NCBI GenBank assembly: GCA_020831885.1
Contig: JAFIFU010000005.1
Coordinates: 26,071-90,070 of the forward strand
Source: Ectothiorhodospiraceae bacterium
GTDB lineage: Bacteria; Pseudomonadota; Gammaproteobacteria; Nitrococcales; Aquisalimonadaceae
Length of the DNA stretch: 64,000 bases
Direction: 5' to 3'
Below, in pieces: positions 9,439 to 19,349 of this stretch. Both the position numbers and the translations under genes were made by a program. Under the pieces are notes generated by a model, which worked only from the letters and a program-made list of their open reading frames with translations, ran no database searches and had not been told where the DNA came from. How positions within the stretch are numbered: position 1 is the stretch's first letter; each line of letters opens with the position of its first letter.

Positions 9439-10758
9439 GTGTGCATGGAGATCAGCAAAGCCCTGGTGGTGGACGATTCCCGGCTGGCGCGCGTGGCGCT
9501 GTCGAAGCTGCTGGGTCGGCGGGGCGTGGATGTGGATACGGCGGATTGCGGCGAGGAGGCGCTGGACTATCTGGCCCAGACCTCGCCGGACGTGGTGTTC
9601 ATCGATTACATGATGCCGGACATGGACGGTTTTCAGGCCGCGCAGGCCATCCGGCGTCTGCCCGGAGGTGAGTTCCTTCCCCTGGTCATGTACACCTCCC
9701 AGGACAGCCCGGAGGACCGCCAGCGGGCCCGGGAGCTGGGCATACAGGGTTTCCTGGTGAAGCCCACCAGTGATGAAGGCCTGGATACCGTGCTGGAGGA
9801 TCTTCGGGCGTATCTGGCGACCCGGCCGGACCGGCGCGCCGATCGGGCCGCGGTCTCCGAGCCACTCCCCATGGACGGGCCGGAGGCCGGGGATCTTTCC
9901 GCGGAGCTGCAGGCACATTACAGCGAAATCGCGCCCGACGTGGTGCCGGAACCGGCGCCAGAGCCGGCGCCTCCCGTGGAGGAGTCCGCACTGACGGCGC
10001 AGCAGGTCCGTGGCATTGCGGAGGAGGTGGCCAGACGTCAGCAGGACCGGACCGAGCAGCGGTGGCTGCAGCAACTGGAGCAGAACGAGCGGCGCTGGGA
10101 AGCTGAGCTGCGGCAGATTCGTGAGCAGATGCGGGAGGCGGCAGAGGCTTCCGCGCGGGCTGCGGCGCGTGAGTCGGTGGAGCAGTTCGGGCGTGATTCC
10201 TGGGCGACAATGGAGCGGTTCGAGCAGGAGCTCCGGGAGACGGCGGCGGACACCGCCCACCGGGCGGCCCGGGATGCCGTCAGGACCGCGGCGCAGGAGC
10301 AGCCGGCGGCTCCCGATCCGGAAGCCCTGTTGCAATCTGCCCGGGACGCCGCTGCCCAGGTGGTGGACCGGGCTCTGGCCGAGCGATCCGGTCCGCTGGC
10401 GGATCAGGAACTCGCCATGCTGGCCGGGCAGGCGCTGGAGCAGGCCGTGGGGGATCTGGGGCAGACGGAAGCCTTCCGCGACCAGGTGATCGCCACAGTG
10501 AACGAGCACGGTGTCCCCTTGCTCAAGAACCGGCTGGACGCCTGGGTCCGGGAACAGGCGGGCGAGGCCGCCAGGGCAGCGGTGAGCCAGATGGTGGAGC
10601 AGCAACTGGAACGCGTGGTCCGGGAAGCGGTAACCGCCAGCGCCGAGGCGGCTGCCCGCGAGGCGGATAGGCTGTACCGCCGCTGGCGCATGCTGTGGGT
10701 GGGCACCACAGCCGTGCTTGCCGCCGGTCTCATTCTGGTGCTGGCCATGGTGGTGTGA
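9439..10758 (+). CDS. Orphan response regulator: REC domain, long Ala/Glu/Arg helical region, C-terminal TM anchor
   Basis: REC signatures LVVDDS, VVFIDYMMPDMDG and FLVKP. Then about 280 aa of coiled-coil-like sequence ending in WVGTTAVLAAGLILVLAMVV. Confidence 0.8.
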   Translation: MCMEISKALVVDDSRLARVALSKLLGRRGVDVDTADCGEEALDYLAQTSPDVVFIDYMMPDMDGFQAAQAIRRLPGGEFLPLVMYTSQDSPEDRQRARELGIQGFLVKPTSDEGLDTVLEDLRAYLATRPDRRADRAAVSEPLPMDGPEAGDLSAELQAHYSEIAPDVVPEPAPEPAPPVEESALTAQQVRGIAEEVARRQQDRTEQRWLQQLEQNERRWEAELRQIREQMREAAEASARAAARESVEQFGRDSWATMERFEQELRETAADTAHRAARDAVRTAAQEQPAAPDPEALLQSARDAAAQVVDRALAERSGPLADQELAMLAGQALEQAVGDLGQTEAFRDQVIATVNEHGVPLLKNRLDAWVREQAGEAARAAVSQMVEQQLERVVREAVTASAEAAAREADRLYRRWRMLWVGTTAVLAAGLILVLAMVV

Positions 10759-10763
10759 GTCAG

Positions 10764-10780
10764 CCTGCGGGGCCCGCAGG
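10764..10780. terminator. GC hairpin between convergent genes (CCTGCGG-GGC-CCGCAGG)
   Basis: 7-bp inverted repeat seen directly. No U-tract. Confidence 0.3.
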
Positions 10781-10800
10781 GTCTGCCTCCCGGCACCGGC

Positions 10801-11097
10801 TCAGGGCTCCAGATCCAGCTCATCCAGCGGGTTGCCGAGACCGAAACGGTAGGCCTGCTCGGAGTCGGTGTTGTAGTCTTCCCGCGCCAGGTCCAGAGAA
10901 CCGCTGTAATCCTCCGGCGGTTCCGCCGCCATCAGCTCCAGCTCCAGCCAGGTTTCCATTTCCAGTTCTTCAATGGAGCCATCGAAGTACTGGATTTCCA
11001 CCGTGCCGTCATCCTCGTCCAGTGCGACCACCTCGAACAGTTCGCCGTTGAGGGTTTCGTACCAGTCGCCGATCTCGGGTTTGAACTGCCTGGCCAT
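10801..11097 (-). CDS. Small acidic hypothetical protein
   Basis: 98 aa with GAGGAGG 5 nt upstream of the ATG. Composition is coherent and rich in Asp/Glu. Confidence 0.7.
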   Translation of the reverse strand: MARQFKPEIGDWYETLNGELFEVVALDEDDGTVEIQYFDGSIEELEMETWLELELMAAEPPEDYSGSLDLAREDYNTDSEQAYRFGLGNPLDELDLEP

Positions 11098-11235
11098 TGC
11101 TGCCTCCTCTTGTTCGCCGAGTGAACAAGCCTACCTGCAGTTATAGAAGCGCCCCGGTGGCCTGGCAAATGATCCGCATCAAGTTCGGGTGATCGCCGGC
11201 AGGAACTGGTCCCGCCGGCGCGGTGGGCGCCCGGT

Positions 11236-12273
11236 TCAGGGGCAGGGGTTCGGAACCCGGGTCTGAATAGCCTCGATGCTCTTCAGCACTGGTTCCGGGA
11301 GCGTCACATCGATGCTGTCGATGTCGGCCCTCAACTGGTCCATGGTGGTGGCGCCGAGGATGTTGCTGGTCAGGAACGGGCGTGAGGTGACGAAGGCCAG
11401 CGCCATCTGCGCCGGTTCCAGCCCATGCTCCCGGGCCAGTGCCACGTATTCCGCAGTGGCGGCCTTGCCCTGTTCGTTCAGGTAGCGGCTGAAACGCTTG
11501 TACAGGGTCAGCCGTCCCTTTTCCGGCCACTGGTCGTCCAGGTACTTGCCGGTGAGCATGCCGAAGGCCAGCGGGGAATAGGCCAGCAAGCCGCATTGCT
11601 CCCGGTGACTGACCTCCGCCATGCCGATCTCGTAGGTCCGGTTCAGCAGGTTGTACGGGTTCTGCACCGATTGCACCCGGGGCAAGCCCTGCTGCTCCGC
11701 GGCGGCCAGGAAGCGCATGACACCCCAGGGCGTCTCGTTGGACAGGCCGATATGCCGGATCTTGCCGGCCTGTACCAGCTCCTGCAGCCCCTCCAGCGTG
11801 TCCTGGATCGGTGTGAGGATGTCTTCCTTCCTGGCCGGCTGGTAGCCCAACCGGCCGAAGAAGTTGGTGCGCCGGGCGGGCCAGTGGAGTTGGTACAGGT
11901 CGATGTAGTCCGTCTGAAGGCGTCGTAGCGATCCGTCCACCGCCTCCCGGAGTTGCTCCCGGGTGAAGCGGGAGTCGCCGTCGCGGATGTGGTCCATGCC
12001 CGGGCCGGCGATCTTGGTGGCAATCACCAGGTCATCCCGTCTGCCACGCCGCTTCAGCCAGCTACCGATGTACGCTTCCGTGCGGCCCTGGGTTTCCGCC
12101 ATGGGAGGCACCGGATACATCTCCGCCGTGTCGATGAAGTTGATGCCCCGGGAAACCGCGTAATCCAGTTGTTCGTGGGCTTCGGCCTCGGTGTTCTGCT
12201 CCCCCCAGGTCATGGTGCCCAGGCACAGGACGCTGACCTTGAGGCCGGTGGTGCCCAGCGGACGGTATTCCAT
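11236..12273 (-). CDS. NADP-dependent aldo/keto reductase (Tas-like)
   Basis: MEYRPLGTTGLKVSVLCLGTMTWG...INFIDTAEMY is a typical AKR N-terminus. Start taken at ATG 12273 (MEYR). Confidence 0.85.
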   Translation of the reverse strand: MEYRPLGTTGLKVSVLCLGTMTWGEQNTEAEAHEQLDYAVSRGINFIDTAEMYPVPPMAETQGRTEAYIGSWLKRRGRRDDLVIATKIAGPGMDHIRDGDSRFTREQLREAVDGSLRRLQTDYIDLYQLHWPARRTNFFGRLGYQPARKEDILTPIQDTLEGLQELVQAGKIRHIGLSNETPWGVMRFLAAAEQQGLPRVQSVQNPYNLLNRTYEIGMAEVSHREQCGLLAYSPLAFGMLTGKYLDDQWPEKGRLTLYKRFSRYLNEQGKAATAEYVALAREHGLEPAQMALAFVTSRPFLTSNILGATTMDQLRADIDSIDVTLPEPVLKSIEAIQTRVPNPCP

Positions 12274-12294
12274 GTTGAAACCCCCTTGCAATCG

Positions 12295-12999
12295 TCAGGT
12301 TGGCGTATCCCGGCGCCGGTAGATCAGATCCCAGACCCCGTGACCCTTCCGGCGGCCCCGGCGCTCGAACTTGGTTTCCGGGCGTCTGCCCGTGTGTGGC
12401 GAGAAGCGGCCCGCGCCCGCGGTGTTCTCGAAGGCCGGGTTGGCCTCGATGATCTCCATCATATGATGCGCGTAGTGTTCCCAGTCCGTGGCCAAGTGCA
12501 GCACCCCGCCGGGTCGCAATTTGCGCGCCACCAGTTCCACCCAGGCAGGCTGGACGATGCGACGCTTGTGATGCCGCTTTTTCGGCCAGGGGTCTGGGAA
12601 ATAGAGCTGCAAGCCCGCAAGGCCGGCATCGGGAATCTGGTGTTTCAGCACCTCCACGGCGTCGTGGCAGATCACCCGAACGTTCCGGAGCCCCTGGGCT
12701 TCCACCAGGTTGAGCAGGCGCCCGACGCCGGGACGGTGCACCTCCACGCCCAGGAAGTTGCTCTCCGGGTTGGTGGCGGCCATGGCGGCCAGGGATTCCC
12801 CGTTGCCGAAACCCACTTCCAGAATGACCGGCGCCTCCCGGCCGAACGCGCGGGTCAGGTCCAGGGGGTACTCCTGGTAGGGGATGCCCCAGCGGTCGTA
12901 AAGCGCGTCCAGGGCGCGCTGCTGGGCCTCGGTCAGTCGGCCCTCGCGGCGGACGAAGCTCCGGATGGCACGGTAATGGGGCGGGCGCGGTTCGGTCAT
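12295..12999 (-). CDS. trmB: tRNA (guanine46-N7)-methyltransferase
   Basis: IRSFVRREGRLT, ILEVGFGNGESL and LYFPDPWPKKRHHKRR motifs. Start overlaps the thiG stop by 1 nt. Confidence 0.9.
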   Translation of the reverse strand: MTEPRPPHYRAIRSFVRREGRLTEAQQRALDALYDRWGIPYQEYPLDLTRAFGREAPVILEVGFGNGESLAAMAATNPESNFLGVEVHRPGVGRLLNLVEAQGLRNVRVICHDAVEVLKHQIPDAGLAGLQLYFPDPWPKKRHHKRRIVQPAWVELVARKLRPGGVLHLATDWEHYAHHMMEIIEANPAFENTAGAGRFSPHTGRRPETKFERRGRRKGHGVWDLIYRRRDTPT

Positions 13000-13781
13000 C
13001 AGAAAAAGGTACCGTCCACCGGAGATGACGCACTGGCGTAGCGTTTTCGGGGAATCCGTCCCGCCAGGTAGGCCTCGCGTCCGGCCTCGATGGCCTTGCG
13101 CATGGCCGAGGCCATCAGGGCGGGCCGTCGGGCGCCGGCGATGGCCGTGTTCATCAGCACGCCGTCACAGCCCAACTCCATGGCGATGGCCGCATCCGAG
13201 GCGGTGCCCACCCCGGCATCCACCAGTACCGGCACGCCGGCCTGCTCGATGATCGTTCGCAGATTGTAGCGGTTCTGGATTCCCAGGCCGGAACCGATGG
13301 GCGCTGCCAGCGGCATCACCGCCACGCAGCCCATCTCCTCCAGTTGCCTGGCGGCGATGGGGTCATCCGTCATGTAGACCATCACATGGAATCCGTCCGC
13401 GATCAGTTGCTCGGCGGCACGGAAAGTCTCGCGCATCTCCGGATAGAGTGTCTGCTGATCCCCCAGAACCTCCAGCTTCACCAGCCTGTGGCCGTCCAGC
13501 AGCTCCCGCGCCAGACGGCAGGTGCGTACGGCATCCTCCGCGGTGTAGCAGCCGGCGGTATTGGGCAGAATCGTGTAACGATCCGGAGGGATCACGTCCA
13601 GCAGATTCGGTTCGTTCGGTTCCTGGCCGATGTTGGAGCGGCGGATGGCCACGGTGACGATCTCCGCGCCGGAAGCCTCAATGGCGGCGGCGGTTTCGTC
13701 CAGATCCCGGTATTTCCCCGTGCCCACCAGCAGGCGGGAACGGTAAGGCTGACCGGCGATGATGAGCGGGTCGTCGTGCAT
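12999..13781 (-). CDS. thiG: Thiazole synthase
   Basis: [19 protein letters not shown]...LPNTAGC...[13 protein letters not shown] pattern. Start taken at MHDDPL (13781). Confidence 0.9.
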   Translation of the reverse strand: MHDDPLIIAGQPYRSRLLVGTGKYRDLDETAAAIEASGAEIVTVAIRRSNIGQEPNEPNLLDVIPPDRYTILPNTAGCYTAEDAVRTCRLARELLDGHRLVKLEVLGDQQTLYPEMRETFRAAEQLIADGFHVMVYMTDDPIAARQLEEMGCVAVMPLAAPIGSGLGIQNRYNLRTIIEQAGVPVLVDAGVGTASDAAIAMELGCDGVLMNTAIAGARRPALMASAMRKAIEAGREAYLAGRIPRKRYASASSPVDGTFF

Positions 13782-13843
13782 GGGTTGATCCTGTTGCTGC
13801 GTTCCAAGTGCTTGGTGGCGGCCATGATCCGTGGGATAGGGCA

Positions 13844-14044
13844 CTAACCACCCCCGATGGCATGAACGATCTCGACCCGGTCTCCGGGGCGGAGGCGATG
13901 CCGGGAATACTGGCTGCGGGGCAGGATGTCCCGGTTCACCTCCATGGCGATGCGCCTGCCGTTCAGCTCAAGCTGAGCCACCAGGTCCGCCGCGGTGGCG
14001 TCGTCCGGGATGTCCAAGGATTTGCCATTGACGATGATCTGCAT
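13844..14044 (-). CDS. thiS: Sulfur-carrier protein ThiS
   Basis: 66 aa, MQIIVNGK...[10 protein letters not shown], with the C-terminal GG. Confidence 0.85.
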   Translation of the reverse strand: MQIIVNGKSLDIPDDATAADLVAQLELNGRRIAMEVNRDILPRSQYSRHRLRPGDRVEIVHAIGGG

Positions 14045-14185
14045 GCCTGCCAACGCCTGAATCGGTCCGGTAAGGATGCCGGGCGCCAGCCGCGCCCTCC
14101 GGGAAAACGGATTCTACACCAAACCGGAAGGGGCGGGCGCGGGGCTTGCCAAGGCAAGTGGCATGCACGCAAAATACCCGGGCAT

Positions 14186-14259
14186 GCGGGTGTAGTTCAA
14201 TGGTAGAACCTCAGCTTCCCAAGCTGATGACGTGGGTTCGATTCCCATCACCCGCTCCA
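14186..14259 (+). tRNA. tRNA-Gly (anticodon CCC)
   Basis: Cloverleaf folded by hand: acceptor GCGGGTG/CACCCGC, anticodon loop TTCCCAA, T-loop TTCGATT, encoded CCA. Confidence 0.9.
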
Positions 14260-14300
14260 GTTGCGGATAACACCCGGGCCGGACGCCCGGGTTTCCCCAT

Positions 14301-14693
14301 TCACTGGTCATGCGCGTCCTGCTGTTCCTCGGTGGCGGCCTCCCATGCACGCTCCAGCCGCCCCATGGCGTCCGTGAAGCGGTCCCTGGCCTTGTCCCAC
14401 TGGTGTCTGGAGGCTGTCTGCAGCCGGTCCCATTGTTCCCGGGTGTCCTCCCAGGCGTGATCGAGGCGCTCCCGGGTTTCGCGGGATAAGGCATCCGCCT
14501 GCCGGCCGATTTCCTGCATGCGTTCCTCCCAGGTCCGCATGCGTTCGTCGGCCTCGCGCTGCTCCTGGGTCAGCTCCGGGTCGTCCCGGGTCGGTTCACC
14601 GTCGTGCTGGGCCGCGCCGGCTTGACCGGCGACAGCGGCCCCCAGGAATACCGCCAGTAGTGTCTGCCTGATCATGATCGCGTACCTCTTCAT
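14301..14693 (-). CDS. Secreted hypothetical protein with repeated Trp-acidic helical motifs
   Basis: Signal peptide LLAVFLGAAVAGQAGAA, then recurrent xW(E/D)xxR spacing. Confidence 0.6.
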   Translation of the reverse strand: MKRYAIMIRQTLLAVFLGAAVAGQAGAAQHDGEPTRDDPELTQEQREADERMRTWEERMQEIGRQADALSRETRERLDHAWEDTREQWDRLQTASRHQWDKARDRFTDAMGRLERAWEAATEEQQDAHDQ

Positions 14694-14839
14694 GGCCGTT
14701 GCCGGATCCCCCGTGCCCGGATGGCCCCTCCGTCACTGCCGGGTTTGCCCGAGATGGAGGGGGCCGATGCGGCCGTGCGTTTTCGCGGGGTTGGAATCCA
14801 GGGCCGCTCCGGCCTTTTGGACCGGAGCGGCTGGGGCAG

Positions 14840-15337
14840 CTAGTGGCCGTTCATGCCTTTGCGACGCGGGATGTGACCTTCCCGTGAAAGTCTGTCGTGC
14901 AGCTGCCGGGCGGAGAGTTTCGTATAATCCTTGGGCACCTCGTGGATCGCAACACCGGGCGGTACCGCACCCTGCAGTTTGGGGCGCAGATAACCCAGCA
15001 TCCGTTTTTCGGCGCAAAGTACCACGCGTTGAGTGCCGTTGCCGCGGGCCATTTCGGTGAGCTGCCGGACGATATTCCGGGCGAAGCGGCGCTCCAGCTC
15101 GGCATCGCGCTGGGCGCGATGATCGTCGAAGCCGTGTGCCTGGCCGTGGGCCGTTCGGTTCCGGCCGGAGCTCAGATCGGCATAGATCGCGTTTCCCGGA
15201 GCCTGATGCTCGGGATTCGCCAGACTGGTGTGCTCCACCAGATTCGGGCCCGACTCCATTTCCGGAATCTCTGCCGGCTCCATCGTGAAGAAACGGGCGC
15301 GAGACCCTTCGGCAACAACCACGCAGTATTCGCTCAT
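14840..15337 (-). CDS. Host-attachment-protein family (Hap-like) protein
   Basis: N-terminal VVVAEGSRARFF pattern and about 165 aa length are typical of the family. Confidence 0.65.
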   Translation of the reverse strand: MSEYCVVVAEGSRARFFTMEPAEIPEMESGPNLVEHTSLANPEHQAPGNAIYADLSSGRNRTAHGQAHGFDDHRAQRDAELERRFARNIVRQLTEMARGNGTQRVVLCAEKRMLGYLRPKLQGAVPPGVAIHEVPKDYTKLSARQLHDRLSREGHIPRRKGMNGH

Positions 15338-15589
15338 AAGGCTCTCCTGTCAGAAGGATCGACTGATGTCGGTTGTGTGGGAACGAATGGTTTCTCGGCT
15401 GGTCCTCTTGTTGCGACGTGTCATAAGGTCTTCAATACAGTGAAGGCGACCGGCTGACGTTGACCCACGTCAACCGCCCGGGTCGCCTCCACGGGGTTGC
15501 CGTTACCCATGGGATGTGATCCGGTGTCAGTTCTTGTGCCGGTCACCGTTCAGTATAGAAGGCATTTCCGACTTTGAAGGAATGACTTA

Positions 15590-17800
15590 ATGGCCCGATT
15601 TTTCAAGTGGTTAGCAATTGCTGTCGGGGCGTTCGTGATCATTGTCGTGGCGCTTGTCGCGGCCCTGCTGATCCTGGTGGATCCCAACGATTACCGGGAC
15701 GATATCAGCCGTCTGGTGAAGGAGAACACCGGTCAGGAACTGGTCATCGAGGGGGATATCAGGCTCTCCTTCTTCCCCTGGCTCGGGCTTGACCTGGGGC
15801 GCACCCGGCTTGAGAACCGCGAGGGCTTCGGCGAACAGCCGTTCGTCCAGATCGAGCGGGCGGGTGTGGCGGTGGAACTGTTTCCGCTGTTGCGCCGTGA
15901 GGTCGTTCTGGACGTGGTCAGGCTGGATGGTCTGTTGGTGCATCTGGTGGTGAACGAGCAGGGTGAGGCCAACTGGGAGCTGGATCTGCCCGACACCGGA
16001 GAGGAGATTGTGGACGAGGTGCCGCGCGAGCCCGGGGAGCCGCCCGCCGAGCGCGCCGTGCCTCCGGTGAGGATCGGCAAGCTGGGGGGCGTGGAGCTGA
16101 CCCGAATGCAGTTGATCTACGAGGACAGGCGTGAGCCGAGCCGACAGGAGCTTGGGCCGGTGAACGTCTACGTCGGTCCGCTGGCCCTGGGTGAGGATGT
16201 TCCGGTGGATGCGGACTGGGTGGCCACGCTGGACGACAGTACCCGTATGGAGGGCGGGCTCAGCCTCAAGGCGCGGATCAATGAGGAGCTGAACCGTGTC
16301 CTGGTGGACCTGGGACGCCTGGAGGTGGAAGTGTTCGCCGACGGCCTGCCGGATTCCGGCGTCCGGGCACGGCTGAATGCGCAGATCGATGTGGATCTGG
16401 ATGCCGACGCCGCGCAAGTGCGCGATGCCGTGGTTGAGGTTGCCGGCCTCCGGGTGGAAGCGCTGGCGGATGTGGCCGCTCTCTCGGGTGCTCCCCGTGT
16501 GAACGGGCGCTTCGAAATCCCCGAGACCGATCTGCGCCGTGTCCTGGCGCGTCTGGAACAGGAACTGCCCGATATGGCGGACGATACGGCCCTGACCCGG
16601 TTCAGTGCCGGAGCCGGTTTCGCCTTTGCCGGGGATCGGGTCAGCCTGGAGGATCTGGTCCTGCGTCTTGATGACACGACCTTCACCGGTGGTCTGTCGG
16701 TGCAGGACTTCGACCGCCCGATGATCGGTTTCAACCTGGAAGGGGATCGGCTGGACGCTGATCGCTATCTGCCGCCACCCGAAGAGGAGGAACCGGCGGC
16801 GGAGGCGCCGCCCCCCGGTAACGGTGAGGCGGAACCGGTGGAGATCCCGGTGGAACTCATCCGCGACCTGCGTCTGGACGGGAGCTTCCGTCTGGCGGAA
16901 CTGGTGGTGATGGAGTTGCTGATGGAGGACGTCCATTTCACCGTGAAGGCGGATGGGGGCCAGCTACGGGTCCACCCGGTGGGCGCCGACCTCTACGGCG
17001 GTCAGTACCGGGGAGACATCCGCGTGGACGCCCGGGAAGACGAGGCCGTGATCTCCGTGGATGAGCGGGTGACCGGCGTACAGGCCCGGCAGATCGTGGA
17101 GCAGCTTATGGGCAATGACCTGCTGCATGGCACCGGCGATGTGCACATCAACGCCACCGCACGGGGCCGCGAGCTGGACGCCGTGCTCCGCACACTGGCC
17201 GGCCAGGCCGAGTTCCGCTTCGCGGATGGTGCGGTCCAGGGGTTGAACGTGGCACAGATGATCCGGACCGGTGCGGCCCGCCTGCAGGGCCAGTCGGTGC
17301 CGGCGGAACCGGAAACCCGCGAGACGGACTTCACCGAGCTGACCGGAACGCTGGTTTTCGATGGGGGCAGAGTGCGAAACGATGACCTCCAGGCACAATC
17401 CCCCCTGTTCCGGATCAATGGCGCCGGTGAGGTGGATCTGCTGAAGCAGACCGTGGACTACCGTCTGCTGGTCAGCCTGGTGGGAACGCTGGAAGGGCAG
17501 GGAGGACAGTCGCTGGACAATCTGCGCCGGCTGCCGATCCCGCTCCGGTTTCGCGGCGACCTGATGAGCCCGAGCATCAGTCTTGACCTGCAGGCGGCGC
17601 TGACCGAGCAGCAGCGCCAGCGTCTGCGGGAAGAAGAGGAGGCCCTGCGCCAGCGTGCCCGGGAGGAGGAGGAGGCCGCACGGGAGCGTCTGCGACGGGA
17701 GGAAGAGCGCGCCAGAGAGCGGGTGGAGGAAGAGCGGGAGCGTGTCGAGGACGAGGTGCGGGACCGGGCCCGGGACGAACTTCGCCGCCTGCTGCGCTGA
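15590..17800 (+). CDS. asmA: AsmA-family outer-membrane assembly protein with a Glu/Arg-rich tail
   Basis: N-terminal anchor WLAIAVGAFVIIVVALVAALLILVDPNDYR and an AsmA-like body. The last 70 aa are almost pure E/R/A. Confidence 0.85.
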   Translation: MARFFKWLAIAVGAFVIIVVALVAALLILVDPNDYRDDISRLVKENTGQELVIEGDIRLSFFPWLGLDLGRTRLENREGFGEQPFVQIERAGVAVELFPLLRREVVLDVVRLDGLLVHLVVNEQGEANWELDLPDTGEEIVDEVPREPGEPPAERAVPPVRIGKLGGVELTRMQLIYEDRREPSRQELGPVNVYVGPLALGEDVPVDADWVATLDDSTRMEGGLSLKARINEELNRVLVDLGRLEVEVFADGLPDSGVRARLNAQIDVDLDADAAQVRDAVVEVAGLRVEALADVAALSGAPRVNGRFEIPETDLRRVLARLEQELPDMADDTALTRFSAGAGFAFAGDRVSLEDLVLRLDDTTFTGGLSVQDFDRPMIGFNLEGDRLDADRYLPPPEEEEPAAEAPPPGNGEAEPVEIPVELIRDLRLDGSFRLAELVVMELLMEDVHFTVKADGGQLRVHPVGADLYGGQYRGDIRVDAREDEAVISVDERVTGVQARQIVEQLMGNDLLHGTGDVHINATARGRELDAVLRTLAGQAEFRFADGAVQGLNVAQMIRTGAARLQGQSVPAEPETRETDFTELTGTLVFDGGRVRNDDLQAQSPLFRINGAGEVDLLKQTVDYRLLVSLVGTLEGQGGQSLDNLRRLPIPLRFRGDLMSPSISLDLQAALTEQQRQRLREEEEALRQRAREEEEAARERLRREEERARERVEEERERVEDEVRDRARDELRRLLR

Positions 17801-18864
17801 TGGCGGTCGTCAGTGCCCGGGAGGTGCAAGCGTTTCGCCGGGCCGTGCTGGCCTGGTTCGACCGGCACGGCCGGCATGATCTCCCCTGGCAGCAACCGGC
17901 CAGCCCTTACCGGGTCTGGGTGTCGGAGGTCATGTTGCAACAGACCCAGGTGGCTGTGGTCATCCCCTACTTCCAGCGTTTCATGCGACGGTTCCCGGAT
18001 GTGGGTGCGCTGGCGGCGGCTGATCAGGACGCGGTGCTGGAGCACTGGGCGGGGCTGGGCTACTACGCCCGGGCGCGCAACCTGCATCGTGCCGCCCGGG
18101 TGATCGTGGAAGAGCACGGGGGACGGTTCCCGGACAACCCGGAGGACTGGCAGTCCCTGCCCGGAGTCGGGCGCTCCACCGCCGGCGCGATTCTGTCGCT
18201 TTCCATGGGCCAACGCCATGCGATTCTGGACGGTAACGTCAAGCGCGTGCTGGCGCGCTACCGCGCCATTCCCGGCTGGCCGGGCCAGACCAGCGTGCTG
18301 ACCACGCTGTGGGAACTGGCGGAAACACTGACGCCCACCAGGCGCTGCGGCGACTACAACCAGGCGATGATGGATCTGGGCGCGACCCTGTGCACGCGAG
18401 CCCGTCCCGCCTGCTCCCTGTGCCCCCTCGGCGCCCACTGCCAGGCGCGCGCCCGGGGCACGCCCACCGCCTACCCCGAGCCGAAGCCGGCCCGGGCCCT
18501 GCCGCGGCGCGAGACGCGCATGCTGCTCTTGGAATCGGATCAGGGGGTACTGCTTCATCGCCGGCCGCCCAGCGGCATCTGGGGGGGGCTCTGGAGCCTG
18601 CCTGAGTGCTCTCCGGAAGACGATCTGGCGTGGCACTGCCGTCGTGCCCTGGGCCTGGGACTGATCGAGACCGATGTCTGGCAGCCCTTCCGTCACACGT
18701 TCAGCCACTACCACCTGCACATCACCCCGGTGCATGCCCGCGTGGAAGTGCTGGGCGGCGGGGTCATGGAACCGGCGGATACGCTCTGGTATAACTCGGG
18801 CACGTCCTTGGGCAAAGGCGTTGCTGCGCCGGTGCGCCGGCTGCTGGAGCGCTGGCAGGCCTGA
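17800..18864 (+). CDS. mutY: A/G-specific adenine DNA glycosylase
   Basis: PYRVWVSEVMLQQTQV, GLGYYARARNLH, the 4Fe-4S cluster C-x6-C-x2-C-x5-C (CTRARPACSLCPLGAHC) and a NUDIX-like C-terminus. Confidence 0.9.
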   Translation: MAVVSAREVQAFRRAVLAWFDRHGRHDLPWQQPASPYRVWVSEVMLQQTQVAVVIPYFQRFMRRFPDVGALAAADQDAVLEHWAGLGYYARARNLHRAARVIVEEHGGRFPDNPEDWQSLPGVGRSTAGAILSLSMGQRHAILDGNVKRVLARYRAIPGWPGQTSVLTTLWELAETLTPTRRCGDYNQAMMDLGATLCTRARPACSLCPLGAHCQARARGTPTAYPEPKPARALPRRETRMLLLESDQGVLLHRRPPSGIWGGLWSLPECSPEDDLAWHCRRALGLGLIETDVWQPFRHTFSHYHLHITPVHARVEVLGGGVMEPADTLWYNSGTSLGKGVAAPVRRLLERWQA

Positions 18865-18892
18865 ACCACGATGACCCGGATGGAGGCGCGAC

Positions 18893-19162
18893 ATGGCGCG
18901 TATGGTGCAATGCGTGAAACTGGGCGAGGAACTGGAAGGGCTGGACCGGCCCACCTACCCCGGCGAACTGGGAAAGCGCATTTACGAGAACGTCTCGAAA
19001 CAGGCATGGCAGCAATGGCTGGCCCATCAGACCATGCTGATCAACGAGTACCGGTTGTCGCCGGTGGACCCGAAGGCGCGTAAGTTCCTGGAGACGGAAA
19101 TGGAGAAATTCTTTTTCGGCGGCGGTTCCGCGCCGCCGCCGGACTATCAGCCCGACGGGTAG
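18893..19162 (+). CDS. yggX: Fe(2+)-trafficking protein YggX
   Basis: [18 protein letters not shown]...[15 protein letters not shown] is the family signature. Confidence 0.9.
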   Translation: MARMVQCVKLGEELEGLDRPTYPGELGKRIYENVSKQAWQQWLAHQTMLINEYRLSPVDPKARKFLETEMEKFFFGGGSAPPPDYQPDG

Positions 19163-19206
19163 TGCACTTGACGTGTGCCGCCCGTTCCGCTTGAATAGGC
19201 GCCCTC

Positions 19207-19282
19207 GGCCAGGTAGCTCAGTCGGTAGAGCAGGGGACTGAAAATCCCCGTGTCGGCGGTTCGATTCCGTCCCTGGCCACCA
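19207..19282 (+). tRNA. tRNA-Phe (anticodon GAA)
   Basis: GGCCAGGTAGCTCAGTCGGTAGAGC...CTGAAAA...TTCGATT...CCTGGCCACCA folded by hand. Confidence 0.9.
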
Positions 19283-19304
19283 TCATGATCCATCACGATC
19301 GGCG

Positions 19305-19336
19305 AAAAGGCCTGCATCCGCAGGCCTTTTTGTTTT
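19305..19336. terminator. Bidirectional intrinsic terminator
   Basis: AAAAGGCCTGC-ATCC-GCAGGCCTTTTTGTTTT, with an A-run and a T-run on opposite sides. Lies between tRNA-Phe and the convergent permease gene. Confidence 0.7.
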
Positions 19337-19349
19337 CCGCATACGGTGT

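Noticed and set aside
11110-11134. Hairpin TTGTTC-N7-GAACAA followed by GCCTAC, possibly a minimal relative of the REP-like family.
   Set aside because: Only a 10-nt match (ACAAGCCTAC) to the core, which is easily chance. It overlaps the RBS region of the small acidic protein gene.
14045-14185. Expected a TPP (THI-box) riboswitch upstream of thiS-thiG.
   Set aside because: I read the minus-strand leader and found no CUGAGA or ACCUGAUCUGGAUAAUGCCAGC-type blocks. There is only a short dyad, CTTGCC-AA-GGCAAG.
14186-19349. tRNA-Gly and tRNA-Phe as possible integration hot spots for islands.
   Set aside because: No integrase, direct repeats of the tRNA 3' end, or compositional break was seen on either side. 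The neighbours are core genes.
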